In this document: positions 1 to 9,068 of the stretch, one piece after another
How the letters are laid out: each line of letters begins with the position of its first letter
How positions within the stretch are numbered: position 1 is the first letter of the stretch
From: an uncultured Micrococcales bacterium
GTDB lineage: Bacteria > Actinomycetota > Actinomycetes > Actinomycetales > Microbacteriaceae
Assembly: GCA_903834635.1 (NCBI GenBank)
Contig: CAILJO010000082.1
Coordinates: 8,593 to 72,592, forward strand
DNA: 64,000 bases
Direction: 5' to 3'
Program-made: the position numbers and the translations under genes
The notes under the pieces: generated by a model
Told to the model about the DNA's origin: nothing
The model's input: only the letters and a program-made list of their open reading frames with translations
Databases searched by the model: none

Positions 1-641
1 CCACGTTTTCGCGTAAGTTTGAGAGAACCATGGCAATTTTTGGTGTTTGGTGGGTTTGACGAGTCGGTGCATCCAACGCCACAAGCCAGACTATGCAGGC
101 CGAAAGCAACGAAATGGCTGCCAGGAATGCAAATGCCTTTTGCCAACCCGCGAGTTGCAGAAACCAAACAAAAGGAATTGCAGATGCGACTTGCCCGAGC
201 TGCCCGAGTGTCGCCATCCATTGCTGTGCTCGCGAGGCAGCCTTTCCGGTGAGCCAATTATTAGCCATTCGAATCATCGAGATAAAGGTGCAAGCATCGC
301 CCAGCCCCACGAGCATGCGCCCGAATATTGCCACCTCGAGAGTTGGTGCAAACGCGACTAACAACTGGCCCGACGCCATGGCCAGGGCCCCGAAACTCAG
401 CAACACTCTTGAACCAAATCGATCCAAAAGGATTCCAACAGGAACTTGCATCCCCGAATAAACCACCAGCTGAAGAACCGCCAACGAAGCAAGTTGGCTT
501 GCGGTTGTATTGAAACGCTCAGATGCCTCCAGCGAGGCTACACCGAGGCTCGTGCGTTGGGTTACTGCGAAAAAATAAGCGAGATTAGCCGCGATCAGAG
601 CGAGGAGCCCCCTGCGCGAGAACTTTTCGCTCAGGATTCAT
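1..641 (-). CDS. MFS-type transporter, N-terminal part (gene continues past the window start); start codon unresolved
   Basis: Absent from the ORF track because it has no canonical start. The minus-strand frame reads EKFSRRGLLALIAANLAYFFAVTQRTSLGVASLEASERFNTTASQLASLAVLQLVVYSGMQVPVGILLDRFGSRVLLSFGALAMASGQL, a typical MFS TM1-loop-TM2 with a DRfGsR motif. The only in-frame upstream start options are ATC/CTG. An ATG at 641..639 is one frame off across the A4 run (624..627). Confidence 0.55.
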
Positions 642-1545
642 CCTCTGCATTGTTTTGTCGGCGATTGGCCAGGTAATCCTCTAGTTGGGCAGCAATGTCA
701 TCGGCCGAAGGGATGTCTTGTTCCGGTCTACGCACGGCAGCCTGCACCGGGCCAACGCGTTCGTTGCGATAACCCTGCTCAAGATTTGCAACCATTCTCG
801 AAAGATCTTCGTTTTCACTGACCTGTTGGTTGAGTTTTCGTTCGAATTTTTCGTTTTGCTCTCGCAAGGAGTCAGTCGGGAATACTAAGCCTGAGGCAGC
901 CGAAATCAACTCGAATGCCGTAACAGCGGCCTTAGGGTATTCCGAATCGGCAATGTAGTGCGGTATCAAAAGCACGAATCCGACGCTCGAAACGGAAAGT
1001 TCGGTTAGACGGTACTCCAAAAGATGGAGCACATTGCCTGGAACCTGTGTTTCAGGTTTCCACTCACTGTATTTGGCTATAAGGTCGCCTCGATTTCCGC
1101 TAACCGTGATTCCAACCGGGCGCGTGTGTGGCATCGGGAATGGGATGCTGTGAACCCAGATAAACTCCGTGATCGCGAAATCTTCGACAATTTGGACGAT
1201 GGCGTCGGCGAATCTTTCCCACTTAAAGTCGGGTTCGTAACCATGCAAATAAAGAAAAGGCTGACCGGCTTCATCATGTACAAGGTAAATACCCAAAACC
1301 GCCGGTTCGTATGAACTTATGTGGTCCTTCTCGAAATACATGACCGGACGACGGCTTCGATAATCAAGAAGAGCCTCATTATCGAAACAGATCACCAGCT
1401 CGGTGTCGAAGTTAGCGAAAATGTGATCGGCGGTTTGAGAAATACTTCCACCGGCATCGGTAAACCCGTTTAGGCCGGCGAGCAACCTTAGTCCTTTAGG
1501 AATGGACACATTTAGGTCAACAAGTCTAAAAATCGGTTCGCTCAT
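631..1545 (-). CDS. PAC2 (proteasome assembly chaperone 2-like) family protein
   Basis: 304-aa ORF with an ATG start. LAGLNGFTDAGGS and HSIPFPMPHTRP resemble the actinobacterial PAC2 family. Divergent from pepA. Confidence 0.7.
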   Translation of the reverse strand: MSEPIFRLVDLNVSIPKGLRLLAGLNGFTDAGGSISQTADHIFANFDTELVICFDNEALLDYRSRRPVMYFEKDHISSYEPAVLGIYLVHDEAGQPFLYLHGYEPDFKWERFADAIVQIVEDFAITEFIWVHSIPFPMPHTRPVGITVSGNRGDLIAKYSEWKPETQVPGNVLHLLEYRLTELSVSSVGFVLLIPHYIADSEYPKAAVTAFELISAASGLVFPTDSLREQNEKFERKLNQQVSENEDLSRMVANLEQGYRNERVGPVQAAVRRPEQDIPSADDIAAQLEDYLANRRQNNAEDES

Positions 1546-1581
1546 TTCTTAATACTAAATCTGCGTGGATAGCATTTAGTT

Positions 1582-3060
1582 ATGACCAACGTTAAATCTC
1601 TTTTCGTGACCAAAGCTCCTGTTGTTTCGGCAGGAGTCGCTTATGTCGTTGGAGTTACGACTAAAAACTCAAAGCCAGCACTTGCGAGCACCATCATTGA
1701 AACAGCGTCAATCGCAAACCTAGATCTAGCTCTTGTGGGTGCCAAATCCACTCTTGAACACACTGCTCGTGTTCCAGGTGCCAACGGTTCAGTCTTCCTG
1801 CTTATTGGCATCGGTGATGAGGAAATTGACGCCGAAGCCTTGCGCAGACTGGCTGGGGCAGCAACCAGAGCTCTGCCAGACTTCAAAGACATAACATTGG
1901 GTCTACCTGTGTCGAACGCTGGCGAGGCTCTGGCTGTTCTCGAAGGCGCCCTAATCGGCAACTATGAGTTCATTAGTTTCAAGGGATCGAAGAAGCAGCC
2001 TAGATTGCTTTCGACGGTCACTGTTGCCAGCGCATTCAAGCCGACAGATTCAGCAGTCAAGGAGTCGCTTGTTATTGCCGATGCGATTCGCTCGATCAGA
2101 GACCTCGGCAACACTCCCCCAAATGACATGTACCCGCAAACCCTTGCAACGGCTTTCCAGAAAGTGGCAAAGGGTTCTGGAGTCACCATCGAAGTATGGG
2201 ACGAAAAGCGACTTATCGCCGAGAACATGGCGGGAATATTGGCTGTTGGAAAGGGGTCGTCGCGACCACCACGGCTAATCAAAATCGAATACAAGCCACG
2301 CAGCGCCAAAAAACAATTAGCCCTTGTCGGCAAAGGTATAACCTTCGACACCGGCGGTCTGACACTAAAGCCTGGTACTGGAATGATCGGAATGAAGTAT
2401 GACATGACGGGAGCTGCGACGATCGGACAAGCGGTTCTTGCAATAGCTGCTTTAGCCTTGCCGATTCATGTGACCGGTTATTTGTGTGTTGCAGAGAACA
2501 TGGTTTCAGGCACAGCCCAGCGCCCAACTGACGTCATTCGCTATCGCAACGGCAAAACAGTCGAGGTAACAAACACAGACGCCGAAGGTCGCCTCGTTTT
2601 GGCTGATGGCCTCATTCTTGCCAGCGAGCAAAAGCCAGACCTGATTGTCGATGTGGCGACTCTTACGGGTGGCGCGCGCATTGCTCTTGGCGTTCGCTAC
2701 ACGGGATTAATGGGTAACGACTTCGGTGTAGAGACCCTGAAAAAGGCTGCAGAAGCCTCCGGCGAACTTGTTTGGCACATGCCGTTGCCAGCAGAGCTGC
2801 GCACATTGTTGAACTCCGAAACCGCAGACCTGATCAACTCGAAACTCGGTGACCCAACTGGAAGCATGCTCGTGGGAGGGCACTTCTTGAAGGAGTTTGT
2901 GGCCTCGAAGTCTCCCAAGGACAAGACGCAAATCGCCTGGGCGCACTTAGACATAGCTGGGCCTGCCAATAACGAAGTTGCACCATACGGTTACCTAAGC
3001 AAGGGAGCAACCGGAGTGATGTTGCGCACGCTTGTCGAAACCGCAAAGGCTCTCGTCTAG
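1582..3060 (+). CDS. pepA: Leucyl aminopeptidase (M17 family)
   Basis: 492 aa. M17 signature NTDAEGRL (VTNTDAEGRLVLADG) and GKGITFDTGG. Confidence 0.9.
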   Translation: MTNVKSLFVTKAPVVSAGVAYVVGVTTKNSKPALASTIIETASIANLDLALVGAKSTLEHTARVPGANGSVFLLIGIGDEEIDAEALRRLAGAATRALPDFKDITLGLPVSNAGEALAVLEGALIGNYEFISFKGSKKQPRLLSTVTVASAFKPTDSAVKESLVIADAIRSIRDLGNTPPNDMYPQTLATAFQKVAKGSGVTIEVWDEKRLIAENMAGILAVGKGSSRPPRLIKIEYKPRSAKKQLALVGKGITFDTGGLTLKPGTGMIGMKYDMTGAATIGQAVLAIAALALPIHVTGYLCVAENMVSGTAQRPTDVIRYRNGKTVEVTNTDAEGRLVLADGLILASEQKPDLIVDVATLTGGARIALGVRYTGLMGNDFGVETLKKAAEASGELVWHMPLPAELRTLLNSETADLINSKLGDPTGSMLVGGHFLKEFVASKSPKDKTQIAWAHLDIAGPANNEVAPYGYLSKGATGVMLRTLVETAKALV

Positions 3061-3098
3061 TAAAGTTAGATGGTTCCCCAGAAAAGATGGAGTGATTC

Positions 3099-4475
3099 GT
3101 GGCTGACCACAATTTCGATGTAGTAATTCTTGGCGGCGGAAGCGGCGGATACGCTGCGGCTTTGCGCTCAGCACAACTCGGCAAGTCCGTTGCCCTCATC
3201 GAGAAAGACAAACTCGGCGGCACCTGTCTGCACCGAGGATGCATCCCTACCAAGGCTCTACTTCACAGCGCTGAAGTCGCCGATGTGACCAAAGATGCAG
3301 CCGCTTATGGCGTTAACGCTCAATTCCAGTCAATCGACATGAGCGTTGTAAACAAGTACCGCGACGGGATTGTTGACCGCCTCTTCAAAGGTCTAACCGG
3401 ACTTGTCTCATCTAAGAACATCACCGTCGTTGCAGGCGAGGGTCGACTAACCGGGCCGAAAACCGTCACGGTCAACGGGGACAACTACAACGGCACCAAC
3501 GTAATCCTGGCAACCGGTTCATACTCGCGCACCCTTCCTGGTTTGGAGATTGGTGGCCGAGTCATAACCTCGGAACAAGCCTTGGGCCTTAACTTTGTTC
3601 CTGGAAAGGTACTAGTTCTGGGTGGCGGAGTCATCGGTGTTGAGTTTGCTTCTATTTGGAAGTCCTTTGGTGCGGATGTAACCATCATCGAGGGCCTGCC
3701 TCACCTTGTTCCTAACGAGGACGAAGCCGTTTCTAAAGGACTAGAGCGCGCTTTCCGTAAGCGCGGCATTGATTTCAAGCTGGGAGTGCGATTCTCTGGT
3801 GTTGAACAAAATGCCAATGGCGTGGTTGTTTCACTAGAAGACGGAACCAAACTTGACGGTGAACTGCTTCTCGTTGCCGTTGGTCGCGGCCCGAACACTG
3901 CTGGTCTCGGTTACGAAGAGCAGGGCGTAAACATGGACCGCGGTTATGTTCTAACCAACGATCGTCTTGAGACAAACCTGCCTGGCGTCTATGCAGCCGG
4001 TGACATTGTTCCTGGGCTGCAGCTAGCTCACCGCGGTTTTGGCCAGGGCATATTCATTGCCGAAGAGATTGCCGGGCTTCGCCCAGCCGTCATCGACGAA
4101 AACGGCATTCCAAAGGTCACCTATTGCGAGCCTGAGGTCGCCAGCGTTGGTTTGAGCGAAGCCAAAGCCAAAGAGGTTTATGGCGCGGACAATGTCTCGG
4201 TTTATGAGTACAACCTGGGCGGCAACGGAAAGAGCCAAATTCTGGGAACTGCAGGTTTCATCAAGCTCGTTCGCCGCAATAACGGCCCCGTAATCGGAGT
4301 TCACATGATCGGCTCAAGAGTGGGCGAGCAGATTGGCGAAGGTCAACTGATTGTCAACTGGGAGGCCTACCCAGAGGATGTTGCAAGTTTGATTCACGCG
4401 CACCCAACCATGAACGAAGCGATTGGCGAGGCCCACCTAGCACTAGCTGGCAAACCTCTTCACGCGCACGCCTAG
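3099..4475 (+). CDS. lpdA: Dihydrolipoyl dehydrogenase (E3)
   Basis: 458 aa with a GTG start. FAD motif GGGSGGY, redox-active disulfide GGTCLHRGCIPTK, C-terminal HAHPT interface motif. Confidence 0.9.
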   Translation: MADHNFDVVILGGGSGGYAAALRSAQLGKSVALIEKDKLGGTCLHRGCIPTKALLHSAEVADVTKDAAAYGVNAQFQSIDMSVVNKYRDGIVDRLFKGLTGLVSSKNITVVAGEGRLTGPKTVTVNGDNYNGTNVILATGSYSRTLPGLEIGGRVITSEQALGLNFVPGKVLVLGGGVIGVEFASIWKSFGADVTIIEGLPHLVPNEDEAVSKGLERAFRKRGIDFKLGVRFSGVEQNANGVVVSLEDGTKLDGELLLVAVGRGPNTAGLGYEEQGVNMDRGYVLTNDRLETNLPGVYAAGDIVPGLQLAHRGFGQGIFIAEEIAGLRPAVIDENGIPKVTYCEPEVASVGLSEAKAKEVYGADNVSVYEYNLGGNGKSQILGTAGFIKLVRRNNGPVIGVHMIGSRVGEQIGEGQLIVNWEAYPEDVASLIHAHPTMNEAIGEAHLALAGKPLHAHA

Positions 4476-4511
4476 TATTAACCTTGTATTTGCACAAAAG
4501 GAGCGGCAACA

Positions 4512-5891
4512 ATGAGCGATTCCGTAGTACTTCCAGCACTTGGTGAAAGCGTCACCGAAGGAACAGTAACCCGCTGGTTGAAAAAAGTCGGCGACACGGT
4601 CGCTGTTGACGAACCCCTAGTTGAGGTTTCGACTGACAAGGTTGACACCGAAATTCCTTCGCCGTTCGCTGGAGTAGTCGAACAGATTCTTGTGCAAGAA
4701 GACGAAACCGTTGAGGTTGGTGGTGTTCTAGCCATTATTGGAGGAGGATCCAGCACCACATCGGCACCGGCCGCCCCAGCTGCTGAGCCTGCCCCTGTTG
4801 CCGAAGCTGCAGCTGCAGTCGAGGCCCCCGTTGTGTCGGCGCCAGTTGTCTCTGAGCCAGTAGCACCTGTCGTAACGACCCCGGTAGTCGCCGCACCAGT
4901 TGCTGCTGCGCCTGTTGCAGCAAGTGCACCTAGCCAAAACCTAGGCGCTGCCGCTAGCACAGACGCCGGATACGTCACTCCTTTGGTGCGCAAACTAGCC
5001 AGCGAATCTGGCATCGATCTAACAACTGTTTCAGGTTCAGGAGTTGGTGGCCGAATCCGCAAGGATGATGTTCTGGCCGCTACTGCGCCAGCCCCTTCGG
5101 CTCCTGCGTCAGCCCCAGCTCCTGTTGCAGCGGTCGCTCACGCCGCAACAGCAACGCCATCCGCAGCGTCGCCGCTGCGAGGAACAACCGAACCAATGAG
5201 CAGACTGCGAAAGGTTCTAGCCGAACGCGCGGTTGCTTCGATGCAGCAAACTGCTCAGCTGACCACAGTTGTTGAAGTGGACGTTACTCGTATTGCGTCG
5301 CTTCGCCAGAAGGTGCAGCAACAATTCGTTGCAGCTACCGGTGGGAAGCTCAACTTCATGCCGTTCTTCGCACTAGCCGCCGCAGAAGCTCTCAAGGCGC
5401 ACCCCAAGCTCAACGCGAGTATTGACGGTGAGAACGTCGTTTACCACTCTCAAGAAAACATCGCGTTTGCGGTGGACACAGAGCGCGGACTATTGACTCC
5501 AGTTATTCGCGAAACCGCATCATTGACAATCGCGCAGATTGCAGTTTCTATTGCCGACCTGGCAAGCCGCACTCGTGAGAACAAGCTCAAGCCAGACGAG
5601 CTAGGAGGCGCGACCTTCACGCTGACCAACACTGGTTCCCGTGGTGCTCTGTTCGACACCCCAGTTGTGTTCTTGCCTCAAGTTGCCATTCTTGGCACCG
5701 GAGTGGTAACCAAGCGACCTGTAGTTGTTTCGACTGCGGACGGTGGCGACACAATCGCTATTCGAAGCATGGTCTACTTGGCTTTGAGCTACGATCACCG
5801 GTTAGTCGATGGAGCAGACGCAAGTCGTTACCTGGTAGACGTCAAGGCACGCCTAGAAGAAGCCAACTTCGAGGCAAATCTCGGGATTTAG
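4512..5891 (+). CDS. sucB: Dihydrolipoamide acyl(succinyl)transferase E2 with a single lipoyl domain
   Basis: 459 aa. Lipoyl-lysine motif VSTDKVDTEI, Ala/Pro-rich linkers, E3-binding segment, catalytic SYDHRLVDGADA. Confidence 0.9.
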   Translation: MSDSVVLPALGESVTEGTVTRWLKKVGDTVAVDEPLVEVSTDKVDTEIPSPFAGVVEQILVQEDETVEVGGVLAIIGGGSSTTSAPAAPAAEPAPVAEAAAAVEAPVVSAPVVSEPVAPVVTTPVVAAPVAAAPVAASAPSQNLGAAASTDAGYVTPLVRKLASESGIDLTTVSGSGVGGRIRKDDVLAATAPAPSAPASAPAPVAAVAHAATATPSAASPLRGTTEPMSRLRKVLAERAVASMQQTAQLTTVVEVDVTRIASLRQKVQQQFVAATGGKLNFMPFFALAAAEALKAHPKLNASIDGENVVYHSQENIAFAVDTERGLLTPVIRETASLTIAQIAVSIADLASRTRENKLKPDELGGATFTLTNTGSRGALFDTPVVFLPQVAILGTGVVTKRPVVVSTADGGDTIAIRSMVYLALSYDHRLVDGADASRYLVDVKARLEEANFEANLGI

Positions 5892-5910
5892 GATTTTAGC
5901 TGCATCATCA

Positions 5911-5941
5911 GCAAATGGGGTCGAAAGTCGACCCCATTTGC
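5911..5941. terminator. Bidirectional intrinsic terminator hairpin between convergent sucB and the 5941.. gene
   Basis: Perfect 14-bp stem GCAAATGGGGTCGA / TCGACCCCATTTGC with a 3-nt loop, read directly from the sequence. Confidence 0.7.
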
Positions 5942-6471
5942 TATTTAACCAACCGGAAGCTCGTCAAATTCTTCGTGTTGGTGTCAACAAAGAGTTGAAC
6001 TTTTGATGTTTTGCCTTCGCATGTGAATAGGGCTGTAGAAAAACTAACTCCCCCAAGATTTTGCCAAATGGTTACACCGTCAACTAGACCCGTAGCAACT
6101 GATCGATCTAAGTGGCAAGCGCTTGGCGCAACAGACGTTTGCGGAGATTCAGTCGGTTGAATCGGTTTTGCCGATGACCGATGACTAGACCAATCGGGCA
6201 CCAAACACCAGCCGCTGACAAAAGCCAAAACCGCGAGTAGCAGCAAAAGACCCTTTCGCATGTATTTTGAAATTGGTGCTCGTGCAACAAGTGGTGTTGG
6301 GATGGCAGCCCAAACCCGTCTTCGCTCGTCCAGCCGCACGTCGATGCCAGCATCTCGCAATCTTAAGAAACTTGCGGCCCAAGAGTCGTTGAGAGAAACA
6401 AATCTGCGGTTTCGGGCTTGCCGAGAATACAAACGAAACAAAAACGATGTGCTCAATGCGTGTTTACCCAC
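5941..6471 (-). CDS. Hypothetical small secreted/membrane-anchored protein (the maximal ORF has a GTG start; an alternative ATG at 6261 gives 107 aa)
   Basis: From MRKGLLLLLAVLAFVSGWCLVP (ATG at 6261) the protein has a clear signal/anchor helix followed by a Cys-containing domain. The upstream 70 codons are Arg-rich and may be non-coding. No recognisable family. Confidence 0.45.
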   Translation of the reverse strand: MGKHALSTSFLFRLYSRQARNRRFVSLNDSWAASFLRLRDAGIDVRLDERRRVWAAIPTPLVARAPISKYMRKGLLLLLAVLAFVSGWCLVPDWSSHRSSAKPIQPTESPQTSVAPSACHLDRSVATGLVDGVTIWQNLGGVSFSTALFTCEGKTSKVQLFVDTNTKNLTSFRLVK

Positions 6472-6553
6472 GACTTGATGGTGGCACTCTAAATCGGCCG
6501 AAATAAGTCGAGGACGGCAAATGTTAGTAACACCAACTATTTAGAATTGACAC

Positions 6554-7189
6554 ATGCCCGAATTCCTTCAAGCTGGTTACGACCCGCACTTCGTTGATTA
6601 CAACGAGGCCTGGCAACTTCAAAGGGCAGTGCACTCAGAAGTGGTTTCTGGCGCGCGAGACGACACCATAGTTTTGCTTGAGCACTTCAGTGTTTTCACG
6701 GCCGGTAAGCGCACGGAAGACGACGAACGCCCAACCGATGGAACGCCTGTGGTCGATGTTGATCGCGGCGGAAAGATAACTTGGCATGGACCCGGTCAGT
6801 TGGTCGGATACCCGATCATGAAGCTACCCAACCCAATTGACGTGGTCGGTTATGTTCGATGGCTAGAGCAGGTTCTTATCGACACCATAGCGGAATTCGG
6901 TCTACACACCGAGCGTGTTGCCGGAAGAAGCGGAGTGTGGGTTCCGGTTGAAGGCGGGCATGAAAAAGTGGCCGCGATCGGCATTCGTGTAGCCGAGCAC
7001 ACGACAATGCACGGATTCGCACTCAACTGCAACAACTCTTTGGATCCGTATGACACGATTGTTGCGTGCGGTATTCGTGATGCAAAAACGACCACGATAT
7101 CGCGCCAAATTGGTCAAAACGTGTCGCCTGAGATGGCTGCCGAAATAGTCATGACCAAACTCCACAAGATAGGCAAGGTTTCATTGTGA
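6554..7189 (+). CDS. lipB: Octanoyltransferase (lipoyl(octanoyl) transferase)
   Basis: 211 aa. [17 protein letters not shown] motif. Followed by lipA with a GTGA overlap. Confidence 0.9.
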   Translation: MPEFLQAGYDPHFVDYNEAWQLQRAVHSEVVSGARDDTIVLLEHFSVFTAGKRTEDDERPTDGTPVVDVDRGGKITWHGPGQLVGYPIMKLPNPIDVVGYVRWLEQVLIDTIAEFGLHTERVAGRSGVWVPVEGGHEKVAAIGIRVAEHTTMHGFALNCNNSLDPYDTIVACGIRDAKTTTISRQIGQNVSPEMAAEIVMTKLHKIGKVSL

Positions 7190-8184
7190 CCGAAGAACTA
7201 AAGCCAGAGCGCAGGATGCTTCGCATCGAAGCTAGAAACGCGGCCGTTCCAATCGAACGCAAACCTGAGTGGATAAAGACCCGAGCAAAGATGGGCCCGG
7301 AGTACCAAGAACTTCATAAATTGGTGAAGACCGAAGGACTTCACACCGTTTGCCAAGAAGCCGGATGTCCAAACATCTACGAATGCTGGGAGGACCGCGA
7401 GGCAACCTTTCTAATTGGTGGATCACAATGCACCAGGCGATGCGATTTTTGCCAGATTGACACCGGCAAGCCTGCAGATCTTGACCGCGACGAACCGCGC
7501 CGCGTAGGCGAGTCAGTTAAGCAGATGCAACTGCGCTATGCAACAGTCACTGGAGTGGCACGAGACGACCTAGAAGACGAGGGATCTTGGCTTTATGCCG
7601 AAACCATTCGTCAAATCCACTCTCAATCGCCAGGCACAGGCGTTGAGATTCTGGTTCCTGACTTCTCAGGCAACCCTGAGCTTCTCAAAGTCGTTTTTGA
7701 GACTCTCCCAGAGGTTTTCGCCCACAATGTCGAGACGGTGCCAAGAATTTTCAAGCAGATCCGTCCGGCATTCACTTATGAGCGTTCGCTGGACGTAATA
7801 ACTCAGGCGAGAGATTATGGGCTAGTAACCAAGTCCAATCTAATTTTGGGAATGGGTGAAACTCGCGAAGAAATTTCTCAGGCGCTCAAGGATCTGCATA
7901 ACGCCGGAACAGACATCATCACAATCACTCAGTACTTGCGTCCAACTGTTCGCCACCACCCAATCGACCGCTGGGTCAAGCCTCAAGAGTTTGTCGAACT
8001 CAAGGAAGAAGCCGAAGCGATTGGATTCCTAGGAGTGCTAAGTGGGCCTCTAGTTCGCTCGAGCTATCGGGCTGGCCGCCTTTGGGCATCGTCGATGGTT
8101 AAGAAGGGTCGAGAAATCCCTGAGGATTTGAAACACCTCGCCGAGGCTGCTCTCAAAGATGGCTTCAGCCAAGCGGTCGGTTAG
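7186..8184 (+). CDS. lipA: Lipoyl synthase (radical SAM)
   Basis: 332 aa. Auxiliary cluster [12 protein letters not shown] and radical-SAM CTRRCDFCQ motifs. Confidence 0.95.
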   Translation: MTEELKPERRMLRIEARNAAVPIERKPEWIKTRAKMGPEYQELHKLVKTEGLHTVCQEAGCPNIYECWEDREATFLIGGSQCTRRCDFCQIDTGKPADLDRDEPRRVGESVKQMQLRYATVTGVARDDLEDEGSWLYAETIRQIHSQSPGTGVEILVPDFSGNPELLKVVFETLPEVFAHNVETVPRIFKQIRPAFTYERSLDVITQARDYGLVTKSNLILGMGETREEISQALKDLHNAGTDIITITQYLRPTVRHHPIDRWVKPQEFVELKEEAEAIGFLGVLSGPLVRSSYRAGRLWASSMVKKGREIPEDLKHLAEAALKDGFSQAVG

Positions 8185-8193
8185 GCTTTAGAA

Positions 8194-8895
8194 ATGGCTA
8201 AAGAGACACAACAAAACAAAACCCCAGGTCGTTGGGGCCAAATCTTCACCCTTTATCGCGAGACCATCAAAGTTGACAAACTTGCATTGGTTATGTCGCT
8301 TCTGGTCGCCCTTCTGACTCTGGGAGTCGGATTGGTTCTAGCCATTCCAAGCTTTGCAGCCGGAAACATCATTGGTGGAATTGCTTACTCGATTCTTGGG
8401 CTAACCGCAGCCGTGCTGCTTAGCCTTTTAGTCATGTCGAATCGCGCCCAAAAGGTAGCCTATGGTCGAATCTCTGGCCAACCTGGTGCGGTTGGTGCAG
8501 TTTTGACCTCATCAATTCGTCGCGGATGGCGCACCAGCGAGATGCCAGTTGCCGTAAACCCTAGAACTCGCGACGCCGTGTACCGTGCAGTTGGCGCAGC
8601 CGGAATTGTGCTCATCACGGAGGGTTCACGCTCAGGGACAAAGTTGATTCTCGACGAAGAACTCCGCAAACTAAAGCGAGTGGCCCCCAGTGTTCAGGTT
8701 CACGTGTTCTATGTAACCAACGACGCCACCGGCACGCCTCTGATCAAGTTGGCTAAAGAAATCACTCGCCTGAAGCGCACCTTGAACCGTGCCGAGGTTT
8801 CAGCGGTAAATAACCGTTTGCAGGCTCTTGGTTCGTTCAACATGCCGATCCCGAAGGGTATCGACCCACGAAAAATGCGAGCGGCGAGAAAGTAA
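8194..8895 (+). CDS. DUF4191-like membrane protein conserved between lipA and glnA in Actinobacteria
   Basis: 233 aa with two N-terminal TM helices. The family name is recalled from its conserved position after lipA and was not searched. Confidence 0.65.
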   Translation: MAKETQQNKTPGRWGQIFTLYRETIKVDKLALVMSLLVALLTLGVGLVLAIPSFAAGNIIGGIAYSILGLTAAVLLSLLVMSNRAQKVAYGRISGQPGAVGAVLTSSIRRGWRTSEMPVAVNPRTRDAVYRAVGAAGIVLITEGSRSGTKLILDEELRKLKRVAPSVQVHVFYVTNDATGTPLIKLAKEITRLKRTLNRAEVSAVNNRLQALGSFNMPIPKGIDPRKMRAARK

Positions 8896-8910
8896 TCGTT
8901 TTTGATCATG

Positions 8911-8936
8911 GCCTCCTTCGGGAGGCTATTTCATTT
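8911..8936 (+). terminator. Rho-independent terminator after the DUF4191 gene
   Basis: GCCTCC-TTCG-GGAGGC hairpin followed by the T-rich TATTTCATTTT. Confidence 0.6.
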
Positions 8937-9068
8937 TGGTGAACCTAAAGTTTTTACATTCCCGAAACATTAATCGGCAGCCACCTGCTTATGCGTTGAC
9001 TAAACTTTGAGAGACGGCTTAAAGACGCGCCGCTCTAACAAAATCAATCATTCGAAGGGAATTCCCCT

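Noticed and set aside
4478-5062. A 194-aa antisense ORF, plus two shorter ones, opposite the sucB linker region
   Set aside because: It lies entirely within the Ala/Pro-rich, GC-rich linker of sucB. Its translation is low complexity (A/T/G/S runs), which is the typical antisense artefact of GCN-rich coding sequence.
9057-9066. A GGGAATTCCC 10-bp palindrome overlapping the glnA ribosome-binding site
   Set aside because: It is too short to form a stable hairpin (at most 3-4 bp with a minimal loop) and coincides with the SD, so it is most likely chance.
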